From Deltaproteobacteria bacterium RIFCSPHIGHO2_02_FULL_44_16 (GTDB lineage: Bacteria; UBA10199; 2-02-FULL-44-16), in assembly GCA_001798185.1 (NCBI GenBank), contig MGRM01000012.1:88120-152119 (forward strand): a DNA stretch of 64,000 nt. Direction: 5' to 3'. Position numbers and translations under genes: made by a program. Below the pieces are notes generated by a model that was not told where the DNA came from, ran no database searches, and saw only the letters and a list, made by a program, of their open reading frames with translations. Below, in pieces: positions 27,469 to 37,345 of this stretch (positions within the stretch are counted from its first letter, which is position 1; every line of letters begins with the position of its first letter).

Positions 27469-30293
27469 ATCAGCAGGTTTTTACAGAAGCGCAAAGTCAA
27501 GCCATCCAGAAAGATGGCTCCATTGCGGTTTTGGCAGGAGCTGGATCTGGAAAAACAAGAGTTCTCATTGAACGATGCAAGCGACTTCTTTTTGAAAAGA
27601 ATATTTCGTTCGATCGTTTTCTGATCATGACCTTTACGGAAAAAGCAGCCGGAGAACTGAAAGAGCGCCTTCGTCCTCTCCTCTCTCCCCAAGATATCCC
27701 TTTACTTGAACGAGCATGGATCGGAACTTTTCATAGCTTTTGCGCACGCGTGCTGCGACTTCATGCCCCTCTTTTAAAACTCGACCCCTCTTTTCACATC
27801 CTCGAGGAAAATCGCGCAGACTTCATGATTCATCAACTTATTGATCAAACGCTTTTTTCTTCTCTGGAACATAAACAGCCTGAAGCTCTTCTTCTGATGG
27901 AATGTTTTGGATACCGCAATACAGTGCAGCTTCTCGAAGAGCTCATGGGATTTCGATGGCATGTCACTCGTTATCTTTCTCAGGGCCAAGATGACGTGAT
28001 CAGAGCCTGTTTTACTCTTTTTCAAGCTGTGGAGAAAAAATTCCAGCAACAGCTTCAAAAAGAGAGAAGCCTCGATTTTCAGGAACTCGAGCGTTACACG
28101 CTCACACTTTTTCAAGAGCATCCTTCCATATTACGCGAATATCAAAAACGATTTCTCCATCTTTTGGTAGATGAATTTCAGGACACCAATGACCTTCAAA
28201 CAGAACTGATCACCCTTCTTTTTCATCCCAAGATAAATCATCTTTTTATTGTCGGCGATCCTCGCCAATCCATTTACCGATTTCGAGGTGCCAATCTCAC
28301 TTCATTTTTTACGATGATCTCTCGTATTCGCGAAAGTGGAGGAGAACTGATTGCGTTATCAGAGAATTTCAGAACACGACCACATATTATAGATTTAATC
28401 AATATCACCGCCCGTCCACTTGAAGAAAATCTCTCGCTTCATGCTGACCTCCGTCCCTTTCGAAAAGAGCGAGATCAAAAAGATATCACCCTTCTTCAGT
28501 GTCATACGTCAGAAAGTTCAATAGCAGAGAGACGTCATAAAGAAGCAACGTGCATTGCAGCACATATTCGTGAACTCGTTGACGTCGAACATATTCCTTA
28601 CGGAAATATAGTCTGTCTCTTTCAGGCGATGACCAGTATCGATATTTACGAGCAAGCATTTCAACAACATCAGATTCCCTATCGTATTCATGGAAGCCGG
28701 CATTTCTTAGGAAGTAGTGAAATTCAGGATCTCCTTTGCACTCTTCTTTTTGCGGCCAACCCAAAAAATGATACTGCCCTCATGGGACTTGTTCGCTCGC
28801 CTCTTTTGGGACTTTCTGATGATGAATGTGTTTTGCTTTCCGGAAAAGAAGGAAAAGATTTTCGAAAAAATATTTTACATCACGCTCACGCAGGTCCTTT
28901 TTTAAAAAAACTCTCCTCCCTTCAAAAAAGCATGCTCCCTTCGGAAATTCTTTCGTGGGTTTTACAAACAACGGGATATGAGTGGATCTGCGCACAGCTC
29001 GATCCTTCAGGAAAAAAACGGGCTCATCTTGAACAATTTCTCACGTTATTACGATCTCTCGAAACAGAATCTTTTCTTTCTCTTCCTGCATGCGTCGATT
29101 ATCTTCAGGATCTTTGCGAACGAGAAGCTCGCTTTGGAGATGCGCCTGCGTCTGCAGACAGTAGCAATGTTGTTCATTGCATGAGTGTGCACGCGGCGAA
29201 GGGACTTGAATTTCCGATCGTCATTTTGCCCGATCTCATTCGTCGCGCATCTCTCTCCACGAAGCCGTGGTGTTTTATTCGAAACCGAGGACTTGGACTC
29301 AAATTACACAATCCCGATTCCCCTTTTGACTCACTTGTCGCAACCAAAAGCTATGAAGAGCTTCACTCGCTGAATAACAAAGAAGAAGAACAAGAATCTC
29401 GTCGTTTGTTGTATGTGGCCATGACCCGCGCAAAAGATCGATTGATCCTTCCGATCCACCAAGATGAAAAAATTCGCGGAGAGTGGCATGGTTGGCTTCT
29501 TCCAGCACTGAAGCAAATATCTGCTTTTACGGTAAACACTCAGCTCCCAGAAAACGAAGAAAAAACTTTCTCACGTGAAAAAGTTGAATTACCTCTGACA
29601 TATAAAGTACCAAAAAACACTTCACGTTTTCTCCATCAATCTCCCATCATCAGTGTTTCTGAAATTGAAACATACGACCGTTCTCCTGAAGAATATGAGC
29701 AAAAATATATTTTCGGTTTTTCTCCTGAACTCACACTCCCAAATTCAGAAACTCTCTCTCCTACTCTTTATGGATCTCTTCTCCATGAAGCGCTCGAAAT
29801 ACTTTCGCACTCTTCCACCGACTCGATTGCGACAGCTTTGACAGATGCATGTCACTCACACCATCTCATCCCCGAGGCCTCATGGATGAGCTCACTGACA
29901 ACAACACTTGAACCGTTTATGACGACTTTCGGTACACAGTTTTGCGAAGGAGAACATGAACTGCGCTTTGATTGGAAACGAAAGGACAGTATCATCACCG
30001 GAAAAGTCGATTGGCTCCGACCAAAAAACGGAGGATATGAAATCATTGATTTTAAAACAGACCGAACTTTCAACGGATCAATTGAGGAACATGCAAAAAT
30101 GTATGATCTTCAAATGATGATCTATGCACTTGCATTAGAAGAAGGCCTTGGACTTTCCATTCTTGAAACAACGCTTTATTTTCTGGAAACAGGAAAAACC
30201 ATTTCAACACCGATGACAGTTCAACGAAAAAAAGAGGGAAAAAAACGCCTTGCAGCGATTCTTAAAAAAATGTGCGGTGAATTTATATCTTAG
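27465..30293 (+). CDS. UvrD-family helicase with C-terminal PD-(D/E)xK nuclease (AddA/RexA-like)
   Basis: GAGSGKT Walker A, DEFQDT, UvrD motifs; C-terminal IIDFKTD...Y nuclease; start overlaps the upstream stop. Confidence 0.75.
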   Translation: MNQQVFTEAQSQAIQKDGSIAVLAGAGSGKTRVLIERCKRLLFEKNISFDRFLIMTFTEKAAGELKERLRPLLSPQDIPLLERAWIGTFHSFCARVLRLHAPLLKLDPSFHILEENRADFMIHQLIDQTLFSSLEHKQPEALLLMECFGYRNTVQLLEELMGFRWHVTRYLSQGQDDVIRACFTLFQAVEKKFQQQLQKERSLDFQELERYTLTLFQEHPSILREYQKRFLHLLVDEFQDTNDLQTELITLLFHPKINHLFIVGDPRQSIYRFRGANLTSFFTMISRIRESGGELIALSENFRTRPHIIDLINITARPLEENLSLHADLRPFRKERDQKDITLLQCHTSESSIAERRHKEATCIAAHIRELVDVEHIPYGNIVCLFQAMTSIDIYEQAFQQHQIPYRIHGSRHFLGSSEIQDLLCTLLFAANPKNDTALMGLVRSPLLGLSDDECVLLSGKEGKDFRKNILHHAHAGPFLKKLSSLQKSMLPSEILSWVLQTTGYEWICAQLDPSGKKRAHLEQFLTLLRSLETESFLSLPACVDYLQDLCEREARFGDAPASADSSNVVHCMSVHAAKGLEFPIVILPDLIRRASLSTKPWCFIRNRGLGLKLHNPDSPFDSLVATKSYEELHSLNNKEEEQESRRLLYVAMTRAKDRLILPIHQDEKIRGEWHGWLLPALKQISAFTVNTQLPENEEKTFSREKVELPLTYKVPKNTSRFLHQSPIISVSEIETYDRSPEEYEQKYIFGFSPELTLPNSETLSPTLYGSLLHEALEILSHSSTDSIATALTDACHSHHLIPEASWMSSLTTTLEPFMTTFGTQFCEGEHELRFDWKRKDSIITGKVDWLRPKNGGYEIIDFKTDRTFNGSIEEHAKMYDLQMMIYALALEEGLGLSILETTLYFLETGKTISTPMTVQRKKEGKKRLAAILKKMCGEFIS

Positions 30294-30317
30294 GACCATC
30301 TGAAAAACTTCAAAAAT

Positions 30318-30387
30318 GTCATTCCCGCGCAGGCGGGAATCCAGTATTGTCAGTAACTTCTGGATCCCTGCCTTCGCAGGGATGACA
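30318..30387. repeat. family-1 double-hairpin element, copy c (between convergent genes)
   Basis: GTCATTCCCGCGCAGGCGGGAATCC...GGATCCCTGCCTTCGCAGGGATGACAA. Confidence 0.8.
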
Positions 30388-30423
30388 ACATCAACAGTAA
30401 GTCAGAATTTTTTAGAGATTCCG

Positions 30424-30789
30424 TTATTCGGCGTAACCGCGTTCGACGCGTTCCAGTTCTTCTTTGCAACGAATGCACATTTCAGCAACTGGACGCGCTT
30501 CAAGACGTTTCACATCGATCTCTTCTTCACAACGTTCACAGACGCCGTATGTTCCGAGTTCGATTTTTTGAATGGCTTTATCGATTTTTTTGAGTAAGAC
30601 CAATTCACGATCACGAAGTCGCAAATTCATTGATTGGTCAGCTTCAGTGGCAGCAAGGTCGACTTCGTCAGGAAGATCGGCCTGCTCAACCCCAAGACCT
30701 GCTTCACGCGTCAGATCAGCTGTTTGAACCAGTTCCTTACGTCTTTCATCCAAAATCTTTTTAAATCGGTCGATATCACGTTTTTTCAT
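30424..30789 (-). CDS. dksA: DksA/TraR-family zinc-finger transcription factor
   Basis: coiled-coil region plus C4 zinc finger CERCEEEI...CIRCKE. Confidence 0.8.
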   Translation of the reverse strand: MKKRDIDRFKKILDERRKELVQTADLTREAGLGVEQADLPDEVDLAATEADQSMNLRLRDRELVLLKKIDKAIQKIELGTYGVCERCEEEIDVKRLEARPVAEMCIRCKEELERVERGYAE

Positions 30790-30882
30790 AAACCCTCCCA
30801 AAGCGCTGCAGTATTCCCGGATCATTATTTCTTGTCAATAAGGGGCTTGCAGCGCCACTCCTTTTTTTGTTATTTTTCAAGA

Positions 30883-31338
30883 GTGAAGAAGCCAAAGTTC
30901 CTGACGCGACTTGATCATATCCTTGAAACCACCTCTTCCCGCCTCGGTTTACGAAAGAAGATGAAACAATACCATCTCTGGCATCAATGGGAATCGATTG
31001 TGGGTCCCACCCTCGCTGCGAACACCGAGCCCTCCTCGTGGAGAGGTTCTCTTCTGGTGATCAAAACAAAAAACTCTTCATGGCTTCAGGAACTCTCCTT
31101 TATGAAAGCCGAGTTACTTTCCAAAATCCAAGCAGCTTCGCCTCAATATCCTATTCGCGATATTCGTTTTGAAATTGGGACGATATCGACAGGACATTCG
31201 CCAATCCAAAAAACTGCAACTTTAACTGCTGAAGAAAAAGAATTTATCGATCAAGTCACTTCAGAGCTTGTCGACACTGAACTTCGCGAAGCAGCAAAAC
31301 GAGCCATGGAAAAAGGATTTGCGAGGAAAAAGGGATAA
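30883..31338 (+). CDS. DUF721/DciA-like protein
   Basis: WESIVGPTLAANTEPSSWRGSLLVIKTKNSSWLQELSFMKAELLSKI pattern; GTG start chosen because the annotated longer ORF runs antisense through dksA. Confidence 0.45.
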   Translation: MKKPKFLTRLDHILETTSSRLGLRKKMKQYHLWHQWESIVGPTLAANTEPSSWRGSLLVIKTKNSSWLQELSFMKAELLSKIQAASPQYPIRDIRFEIGTISTGHSPIQKTATLTAEEKEFIDQVTSELVDTELREAAKRAMEKGFARKKG

Positions 31339-31348
31339 CTATTGCTCA

Positions 31349-32185
31349 TTAAAGAAAACGTGAGCCACCAGCATGCGATGGGGTCCAACCTTGACGTCGA
31401 GACAAAACGCCAACACGTTCGAAAATGCGTTCTCGAACAAGATCCTGGCCAAATCGATCCGGAAAAGAATCGCCACTTAATCTATCAACTGCATCTGTGA
31501 TTGCTTGTCGTTTTGCTGCGACTTGGCTTCGATATGGTTCTCTCAAATCATCCGCATGGGCATAGCGAAGTGCTCTCATTTCATTGGGGAATTTTTCTCC
31601 TAATATCTCCATAATTTGTTTTATTTTTTTGCCAAATTCATTTTTACCAGAAACCAACTTAAGATCCAAATTATCTGCAGCAATTGAAAAAGCACCTTTT
31701 GATGGACAAATTTCAGTTTCTTCTCCAGCGACATAATAGAAAAAGCCATCTTGTCGCATTCCCTTTTCATCTACCTCAAAACCAAAACCGGTAATTCGAA
31801 CCTGAGAAACACCAAACTGAACTAAATCCCCAATGAAAAACTGCGCTGACACCTGCGGTGACATCCCAAAAGAAACACCATAATTTTCTGCTTTGGAATC
31901 TGTTCGATCAAAAGCAAATCGCCATCGTCGAGGAAGGCTTGTCGGAAAAGAAGGAGAAAGCGATTGAAGTCGAAACTCTGTTCCATCTTTTTGTAATAAT
32001 AATGCTAAAAGCGTTACCAAAGTTGAATTACTACCATCAGGACACTTTTCTTGATAAATTCGATCACGAATTCCATCACCATTCAAATCAGGGGTTGAAA
32101 GGAGTAAACGCTCAGGATGAGCGCACCCAACCAGATTTCCGACACTTATCATTTCCTCCTTGGTATTTAGAGTTTCTAAAATCAA
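31349..32185 (-). CDS. hypothetical protein (278 aa)
   Basis: ORF only. Confidence 0.35.
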   Translation of the reverse strand: MILETLNTKEEMISVGNLVGCAHPERLLLSTPDLNGDGIRDRIYQEKCPDGSNSTLVTLLALLLQKDGTEFRLQSLSPSFPTSLPRRWRFAFDRTDSKAENYGVSFGMSPQVSAQFFIGDLVQFGVSQVRITGFGFEVDEKGMRQDGFFYYVAGEETEICPSKGAFSIAADNLDLKLVSGKNEFGKKIKQIMEILGEKFPNEMRALRYAHADDLREPYRSQVAAKRQAITDAVDRLSGDSFPDRFGQDLVRERIFERVGVLSRRQGWTPSHAGGSRFL

Positions 32186-32228
32186 TATTCCAAATAATGT
32201 CGAGAATAAATTCGATTGACTGAAAAAG

Positions 32229-32252
32229 CTTTCTAAAGCATACTTTAGAAAG
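32229..32252 (+). promoter_or_regulatory. perfect inverted-repeat operator upstream of the RHH antitoxin gene
   Basis: CTTTCTAAAG-CATA-CTTTAGAAAG, followed by AGGAGG and the ATG at 32267. Confidence 0.5.
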
Positions 32253-32266
32253 ATTTAGGAGGAAAT

Positions 32267-32485
32267 ATGTCCCGAGAAGCCTTTGCCACCAAACTACCGC
32301 CAGAACTTGTCAAAACACTTGATGAAGTGTGTGAGCGTTTTGGATTTCGCAAAAACTATATTATTGAAACTGCTCTTCGTGAAAAACTTGAAGATATTCT
32401 CGATACCCACGATCTTGATGAATCAGTCAAAGAAGCAACGGGCTTTCATTCCTGGAAAGCCCTCAAAAAAGAATTAAAATTATAA
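32267..32485 (+). CDS. ribbon-helix-helix (CopG/ParD-like) antitoxin
   Basis: 72 aa; N-terminal beta-strand/helix pattern; located directly 5' of the RelE-like gene with a 1-nt gap. Confidence 0.55.
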   Translation: MSREAFATKLPPELVKTLDEVCERFGFRKNYIIETALREKLEDILDTHDLDESVKEATGFHSWKALKKELKL

Positions 32486-32486
32486 T

Positions 32487-32741
32487 ATGCCATATCATGT
32501 TGAACTTGAGACAAAGGCACTTAAAGAATTTCGCTCTCTTCCAAAAGAGATTCAACGCAACTTTGCAGATATCATCAAAGATCTCGAACAAAATCCTCGT
32601 CCACCAGGAATAAAAAAACTTACAAACTATGAAGGTTATCGTGTACGAAGCGGTACCTATCGGCTTTTATATACTATCGAAGATAAATCTAAACTCGTTC
32701 GAATTTATCGGATTGGTCATCGAAGAGAAATTTATCGCTAA
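32487..32741 (+). CDS. RelE/ParE-family toxin
   Basis: YRLLYTIEDKSKLVRIYRIGHRREIYR C-terminus. Confidence 0.7.
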   Translation: MPYHVELETKALKEFRSLPKEIQRNFADIIKDLEQNPRPPGIKKLTNYEGYRVRSGTYRLLYTIEDKSKLVRIYRIGHRREIYR

Positions 32742-32745
32742 TCTT

Positions 32746-33384
32746 TTATTTCCCTTGAAAACACTTGATAAGATCTTCGGCAGGAATCGCTCCCTCACGA
32801 ATAATGCGCATGGACTCTTCAGCAACATCGACCACGGTCGAACCTCGAGAAGGTTCGTATTCACCGCCATCAATAATACAGGGAATTTTATTTCCAAAAT
32901 ATTTCAGCACATGTTTCGCCGTTAGTGATGGGGGATAATCTGAAGGATTCGCACTTGTCGTGGTAATAGGACGACCAAACGCACGCACAATAGCAGAGGC
33001 AATCGGATGAGAAGAGATTCGAATGCCAACTTTTCCGGTATTGGTCACATACGTTTTTGAAATAAGTTTCGACGCTGGAAAAAGAATGGTCAGTGCTCCG
33101 GGCCAAAAAGTACGAGCAAGTTTTAAGGCTTGATCAGAGACAGAAGAAGCACACTGACGGAGCATGGCGAGATCTGAAATGAGAATAGAAATGGGCAATC
33201 CCACATCGCGCGCTTTGAGTGCATAAATATTTTTGACCGCTTTCTCATTAAAAACATCAGCGCCAAGTCCGTAGATCGTTTCCGTCGGATATGCGATCAC
33301 TTGTCCATCGCGCAAAAAGGTAACAGCTTGTTCAATGAGTTCTTCTGAAGGTTGTTGAGAATCCACAGTAAGAATGGTGGTCAT
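32746..33384 (-). CDS. tsaC: L-threonylcarbamoyladenylate synthase (TsaC/YrdC)
   Basis: YPTETIYGLGAD, SANPS and VVDV... motifs of the YrdC/Sua5 domain. Confidence 0.8.
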   Translation of the reverse strand: MTTILTVDSQQPSEELIEQAVTFLRDGQVIAYPTETIYGLGADVFNEKAVKNIYALKARDVGLPISILISDLAMLRQCASSVSDQALKLARTFWPGALTILFPASKLISKTYVTNTGKVGIRISSHPIASAIVRAFGRPITTTSANPSDYPPSLTAKHVLKYFGNKIPCIIDGGEYEPSRGSTVVDVAEESMRIIREGAIPAEDLIKCFQGK

Positions 33385-33385
33385 A

Positions 33386-33886
33386 CTATCGATTGATCTC
33401 CCGATCTCGTTCTTCGATCTGATCCGCCATCTTCTTTCGAAATTGTCGTAATTTTTCTTTCAGTGGTTGATCTGAAAGCGCGAGAATTTCAGCTGCAAAA
33501 ATTCCCGCATTTTTTGCTCCTGCATTTCCAATGCACATCGAGGCAACCGGAATTCCACCAGGCATTTGTGCAGTTGAAAGAAGCGCGTCCAGTCCTTGCA
33601 GTGGAGAGGAATCAAGCGGAACACCAATAACCGGAAGAACAGTTTTTGCGGCCACCACACCGGCAAGATGAGCAGCATAGCCAGCTCCAGCGATAATCAC
33701 CCCGATGCCGCGACCTTCCGCTTCCGCAACAAGTTTAGCTACCTTGTCAGGAGTACGATGCGCTGAAGCAACGTGTTTCTCCGAAGGAATCCCAAACTCC
33801 GTCAGTATTTTTTCCGCCTCTTCCATCACCGGCAGATCACTTGCAGATCCCATGAGAATAAGCACTTGTGGTTTAGTCATAGTCAT
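33386..33886 (-). CDS. purE: N5-carboxyaminoimidazole ribonucleotide mutase
   Basis: [36 protein letters not shown] and PVIGVP motifs; start trimmed to MTMTKPQ. Confidence 0.85.
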   Translation of the reverse strand: MTMTKPQVLILMGSASDLPVMEEAEKILTEFGIPSEKHVASAHRTPDKVAKLVAEAEGRGIGVIIAGAGYAAHLAGVVAAKTVLPVIGVPLDSSPLQGLDALLSTAQMPGGIPVASMCIGNAGAKNAGIFAAEILALSDQPLKEKLRQFRKKMADQIEERDREINR

Positions 33887-33969
33887 CCTTTCATGAAGAC
33901 CACCGACTATTGACCATGGACCATTGACTAAAACTAAAAGGTCTATGGTCCGTGGTCCATTGTCTATGG

Positions 33970-35238
33970 TCAGCGCAGAGCGCGTTGTCCAATATCTTTT
34001 CGGTACTGACATCCGTTCCAATGAATTCCTGAAACCGCTTCATACGATTTTTGAAGAGCCACCTGCATATTTGAACCGAGCGCTGTGACCCCGAGCACGC
34101 GACCGCCATTCGTGACAATGCGGCCATCCACTTCTGCGGTCCCTGCATGAAAGACAGTGACATCCGGAAGTGAAGCAACGTTCTCGAGACCGGTGATCAC
34201 ATTTCCTCGATCTCCTTTTTCCGGATAGTCTTTAGCCGCCATAACAATGCAGACAGCAGGACGAGCATCCCATTCCAGTTCAAAACGATCGAGTCGTCGA
34301 AGCATGGCTGCTTGAATGACATCAATCACATCATTTTTCAGACGCATCAACAGTGGCTGTGCTTCAGGATCGCCAAAACGAACATTGAATTCCAGAAGCT
34401 TCGGCTCACCTTGAGCAATCATCAGACCAGCATAGAGAATGCCAGTGAATGGCGTCCCTGCCATCGCCATCCCTCGCAGTGTCGGAAGCATAATCTGCTC
34501 CATCACTTTTCGATGTACACTTGGCGTTACAATCGGAGCAGGAGAATAAGCTCCCATACCTCCCGTGTTCGGCCCGCGATCGTGATCGAGAAGTCGCTTA
34601 TGATCTTGCGATGAAGCTAAGGGGAGAACATGCATCCCATCAGCGATAGCAATAAATGAAGCCTCTTCTCCATCAAGTTTTTCTTCGATCATGACGGTGG
34701 TGCCAGCATCTCCAAATACTTTTTGCTTCATCATGAGTTCGACAGCATCCTGAGCTTCCTCTTTTGTTTCACAAACAATGACGCCCTTTCCACTTGCAAG
34801 ACCATCTGCTTTCACCACACACGGACCATCAATTTTGGAGAGAGAGTGAAGTGCACTTTTAAGATCTGTAAAAATTTCGGCCCGTGCTGTTGGGATTGCA
34901 TATTTTTGACAGAAGCGTTTTGTAAAAACCTTTGAAGCTTCAAGTTGTGCTGCAAGTTTAGTGGGACCAAAAATATGGAGTCCCCGTTTTTGAAATTCGT
35001 CTACAATGCCCAACACTAATGGTCTCTCTGGTCCTACAATGGTGAGATCAACTTTTTTCTCTGCAGCAAAGTTCACAAGTTTTTCAATATTATCAGCGGC
35101 AATATCAACACACGTTGCAAGATCAGCAATGCCAGCATTTCCCGGAGCGCAATAAATCTTTTTGATTTTGGGAGACTGCGCTAGTTTCCACACAAGCGCA
35201 TGCTCTCGTCCGCCACTGCCAATCACCAAAACTTTCAT
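33970..35238 (-). CDS. purD: phosphoribosylamine-glycine ligase
   Basis: MKVLVIGSGGREHALVWKL; ATP-grasp motifs. Confidence 0.9.
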   Translation of the reverse strand: MKVLVIGSGGREHALVWKLAQSPKIKKIYCAPGNAGIADLATCVDIAADNIEKLVNFAAEKKVDLTIVGPERPLVLGIVDEFQKRGLHIFGPTKLAAQLEASKVFTKRFCQKYAIPTARAEIFTDLKSALHSLSKIDGPCVVKADGLASGKGVIVCETKEEAQDAVELMMKQKVFGDAGTTVMIEEKLDGEEASFIAIADGMHVLPLASSQDHKRLLDHDRGPNTGGMGAYSPAPIVTPSVHRKVMEQIMLPTLRGMAMAGTPFTGILYAGLMIAQGEPKLLEFNVRFGDPEAQPLLMRLKNDVIDVIQAAMLRRLDRFELEWDARPAVCIVMAAKDYPEKGDRGNVITGLENVASLPDVTVFHAGTAEVDGRIVTNGGRVLGVTALGSNMQVALQKSYEAVSGIHWNGCQYRKDIGQRALR

Positions 35239-35248
35239 TTCTTCTCCA

Positions 35249-35671
35249 CTATGAGATATGAATTCTTTTTTGTAAATTTTTTGAAACCGCAGTAATCGCC
35301 GGAATAAAGGAATTCCTGATCAACAGATAGATCTCATAGGCTTTATCAGCAGAATAAATGTGAACAATTTCATTTCTTTTTTTTACGATAAGAGGGAAAA
35401 TTTCTTCGCTTTCTTGCGATACCAATCCGATCTTAAAAGCTTCTTTAAAACATTGAAGAGGAGTTGCTGTTTCAACCCCTTCTTCCAGGAGCAATTCTTT
35501 TAAAAGTTTCCAAAGAGTTTCATAGGTATATTCGAAACGCTTTGTGACAATTTCAATAATGATCTCTTCTTTATATTGAGCACGAAACGTATCTGAGACC
35601 GCTTCATTTAATTTTTCGAAGCTTGCTTTAAAGTCTTCAAAAGATCGCTGCAATTTTTCCCCACGTGCCAT
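35249..35671 (-). CDS. nucleotidyltransferase substrate-binding (HEPN-like, HI0074 family) protein
   Basis: 140 aa helical protein; pairs with the upstream MNT gene. Confidence 0.55.
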   Translation of the reverse strand: MARGEKLQRSFEDFKASFEKLNEAVSDTFRAQYKEEIIIEIVTKRFEYTYETLWKLLKELLLEEGVETATPLQCFKEAFKIGLVSQESEEIFPLIVKKRNEIVHIYSADKAYEIYLLIRNSFIPAITAVSKNLQKRIHIS

Positions 35672-35955
35672 ATTTCAATCTCCTTTAAGGCTTCTTTCTT
35701 GACTTTTTGGTCCACACTCGAAAAATCAACAAGATCGATTTTTTTGAGCATTGGTGTCTCTTGGTTGAGGATCTCTTCAATCTCGACAAATGCAGCTGCT
35801 GGTATTTCGCGATGTGCAAAAATTCCAATATCGATATCTGAACTTTTCAGCGCAACTTTTTTTGCCCGTGAACCAAAAAGAAAAACAATACAATCTTCTT
35901 CACGAAGCCAGTGAAAAATTGTATTAAGAATAAATGTCTTTTCAAGATCTTTCAC
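35608..35955 (-). CDS. minimal nucleotidyltransferase (MNT) domain protein
   Basis: LFGSRAKK...SDIDIGI nucleotidyltransferase motif. Confidence 0.65.
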   Translation of the reverse strand: MKDLEKTFILNTIFHWLREEDCIVFLFGSRAKKVALKSSDIDIGIFAHREIPAAAFVEIEEILNQETPMLKKIDLVDFSSVDQKVKKEALKEIEIWHVGKNCSDLLKTLKQASKN

Positions 35956-36035
35956 TCGACCACCAACATATTCACAAAACCTCCATTAAGCCACGCACAT
36001 ACGCTATTTTAAGAGTGAGGACAAGGAGGAGAATA

Positions 36036-37199
36036 TTACTCAGAAATGCGCGTTACATAAATCGGATTATGCCCACTAGACGCTCCTTTAAAACTAAGAG
36101 TTCCATCTACGCCAATGCTCGAAATCTCATAAATTTCTGGTACGCTATCCCTGCTTGTCTGACATCGAACTCTGGTTCCGGGGTATAGCCCGTTTTGCTC
36201 GATAGCCTGAAACCTTTCAGCAGTTGAAAAACCATGAGGACCATCAATCCTTCGGAATTCGAATCTATTGCGCGGAACAGGTTTTCTCTTTAAACTTTTC
36301 ATGAGCGCACAATATCGACCATATGCATGATCAACCTTCAAACGACTCTTGAATTGTTCAATCAAGTTGGAAGCAAGCTCACTTAAAGATTTACTTCCTT
36401 TTGCCATCTCGACCGTCGCACGAAGAGAACGTAATAGCGTTGGTCTTTCTTTTAAATATGCACTTCGATCAGCTTGTTCAATAAGTTCATCTGTTGCATC
36501 ATCTAGCGCTTGCGCAAGGTCATTATCTGTAGGACCAGATTGTCCAGATCCTTCTCCACCATCAACTGATGACATAAAGATGGGAACACTTCCGACAGAA
36601 ACAATGGCCGCAGTATCAATGGAGATGGCCATTCCACTTGCTGCAGCAGCTTGAACCAAAGCCCCTTGACTTCCTGGAACAAAGGCAGGCATTGGAAAAG
36701 TTTCCGCTGGAGTGAGACGCAGTGGAGTTGTTCCACTCAGCGGAGCTCCAGCAGCCGCTACATCGAAGGCAATAAAAAGACCATCACTCACTGCAGCTCC
36801 TAACTCAGATTCATTGCGAGCATTTTGCGCCATTTCTACTCGATCAGGGATTGATTTTAAAACTTCGGGAATCATTGCCATTCCCCAGACGGCATAACAG
36901 GAAATCATGGAAAAACCATACATAGGACCAAAATCAACACCAAGAGCCACAGAAACAGCATCATCACATTTCTCCCAATGAGAACGAACCCCAGTATCTC
37001 TTTCCCAAAAGGCATCGACTGTTCTGGATGAATACCCCAAACCAAATTGATACCAGTTAAAGGAGGGGCTGTAAGCATCAGAGAATTCAGCAATTGATTG
37101 AGTTGAGTTGAGTTGAGTTGAGTTGAGTTGAGTTGAAAACAGCTCTTCACTATTGAGGCAACTCGTTACTAAAGGATCACAGCGATCGATATTGGTCAT
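36036..37199 (-). CDS. hypothetical protein with a pentanucleotide repeat tract in its 5' coding region (putative phase-variable)
   Basis: 387-aa ORF; codons about 21-33 are encoded by (CTCAA)7, giving STQLNSTQLNSTQ. Confidence 0.4.
   Translation of the reverse strand: MTNIDRCDPLVTSCLNSEELFSTQLNSTQLNSTQSIAEFSDAYSPSFNWYQFGLGYSSRTVDAFWERDTGVRSHWEKCDDAVSVALGVDFGPMYGFSMISCYAVWGMAMIPEVLKSIPDRVEMAQNARNESELGAAVSDGLFIAFDVAAAGAPLSGTTPLRLTPAETFPMPAFVPGSQGALVQAAAASGMAISIDTAAIVSVGSVPIFMSSVDGGEGSGQSGPTDNDLAQALDDATDELIEQADRSAYLKERPTLLRSLRATVEMAKGSKSLSELASNLIEQFKSRLKVDHAYGRYCALMKSLKRKPVPRNRFEFRRIDGPHGFSTAERFQAIEQNGLYPGTRVRCQTSRDSVPEIYEISSIGVDGTLSFKGASSGHNPIYVTRISE
37093..37136. repeat. (TTGAG)7 pentanucleotide microsatellite
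   Basis: 7 perfect tandem TTGAG units plus partial flanking units. Confidence 0.9.
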
Positions 37200-37345
37200 A
37201 TTTTTCTCCTCTTTGAATTCACCTTATTTTCGTCAAATCAAAATATTATCGGAGTAAGAATCTTTTGGTTGCTCATAAAAGCTTTTTTAGTTTAAAAGCA
37301 AACTATCCACAAAAATAACAATCTAATTGACTTATAGTCGTTTGT

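Noticed and set aside
30634-30882. N-terminal 83 codons of ORF 30634-31338
   Set aside because: They run antisense through dksA. The DUF721-like homology begins near the GTG at 30883.
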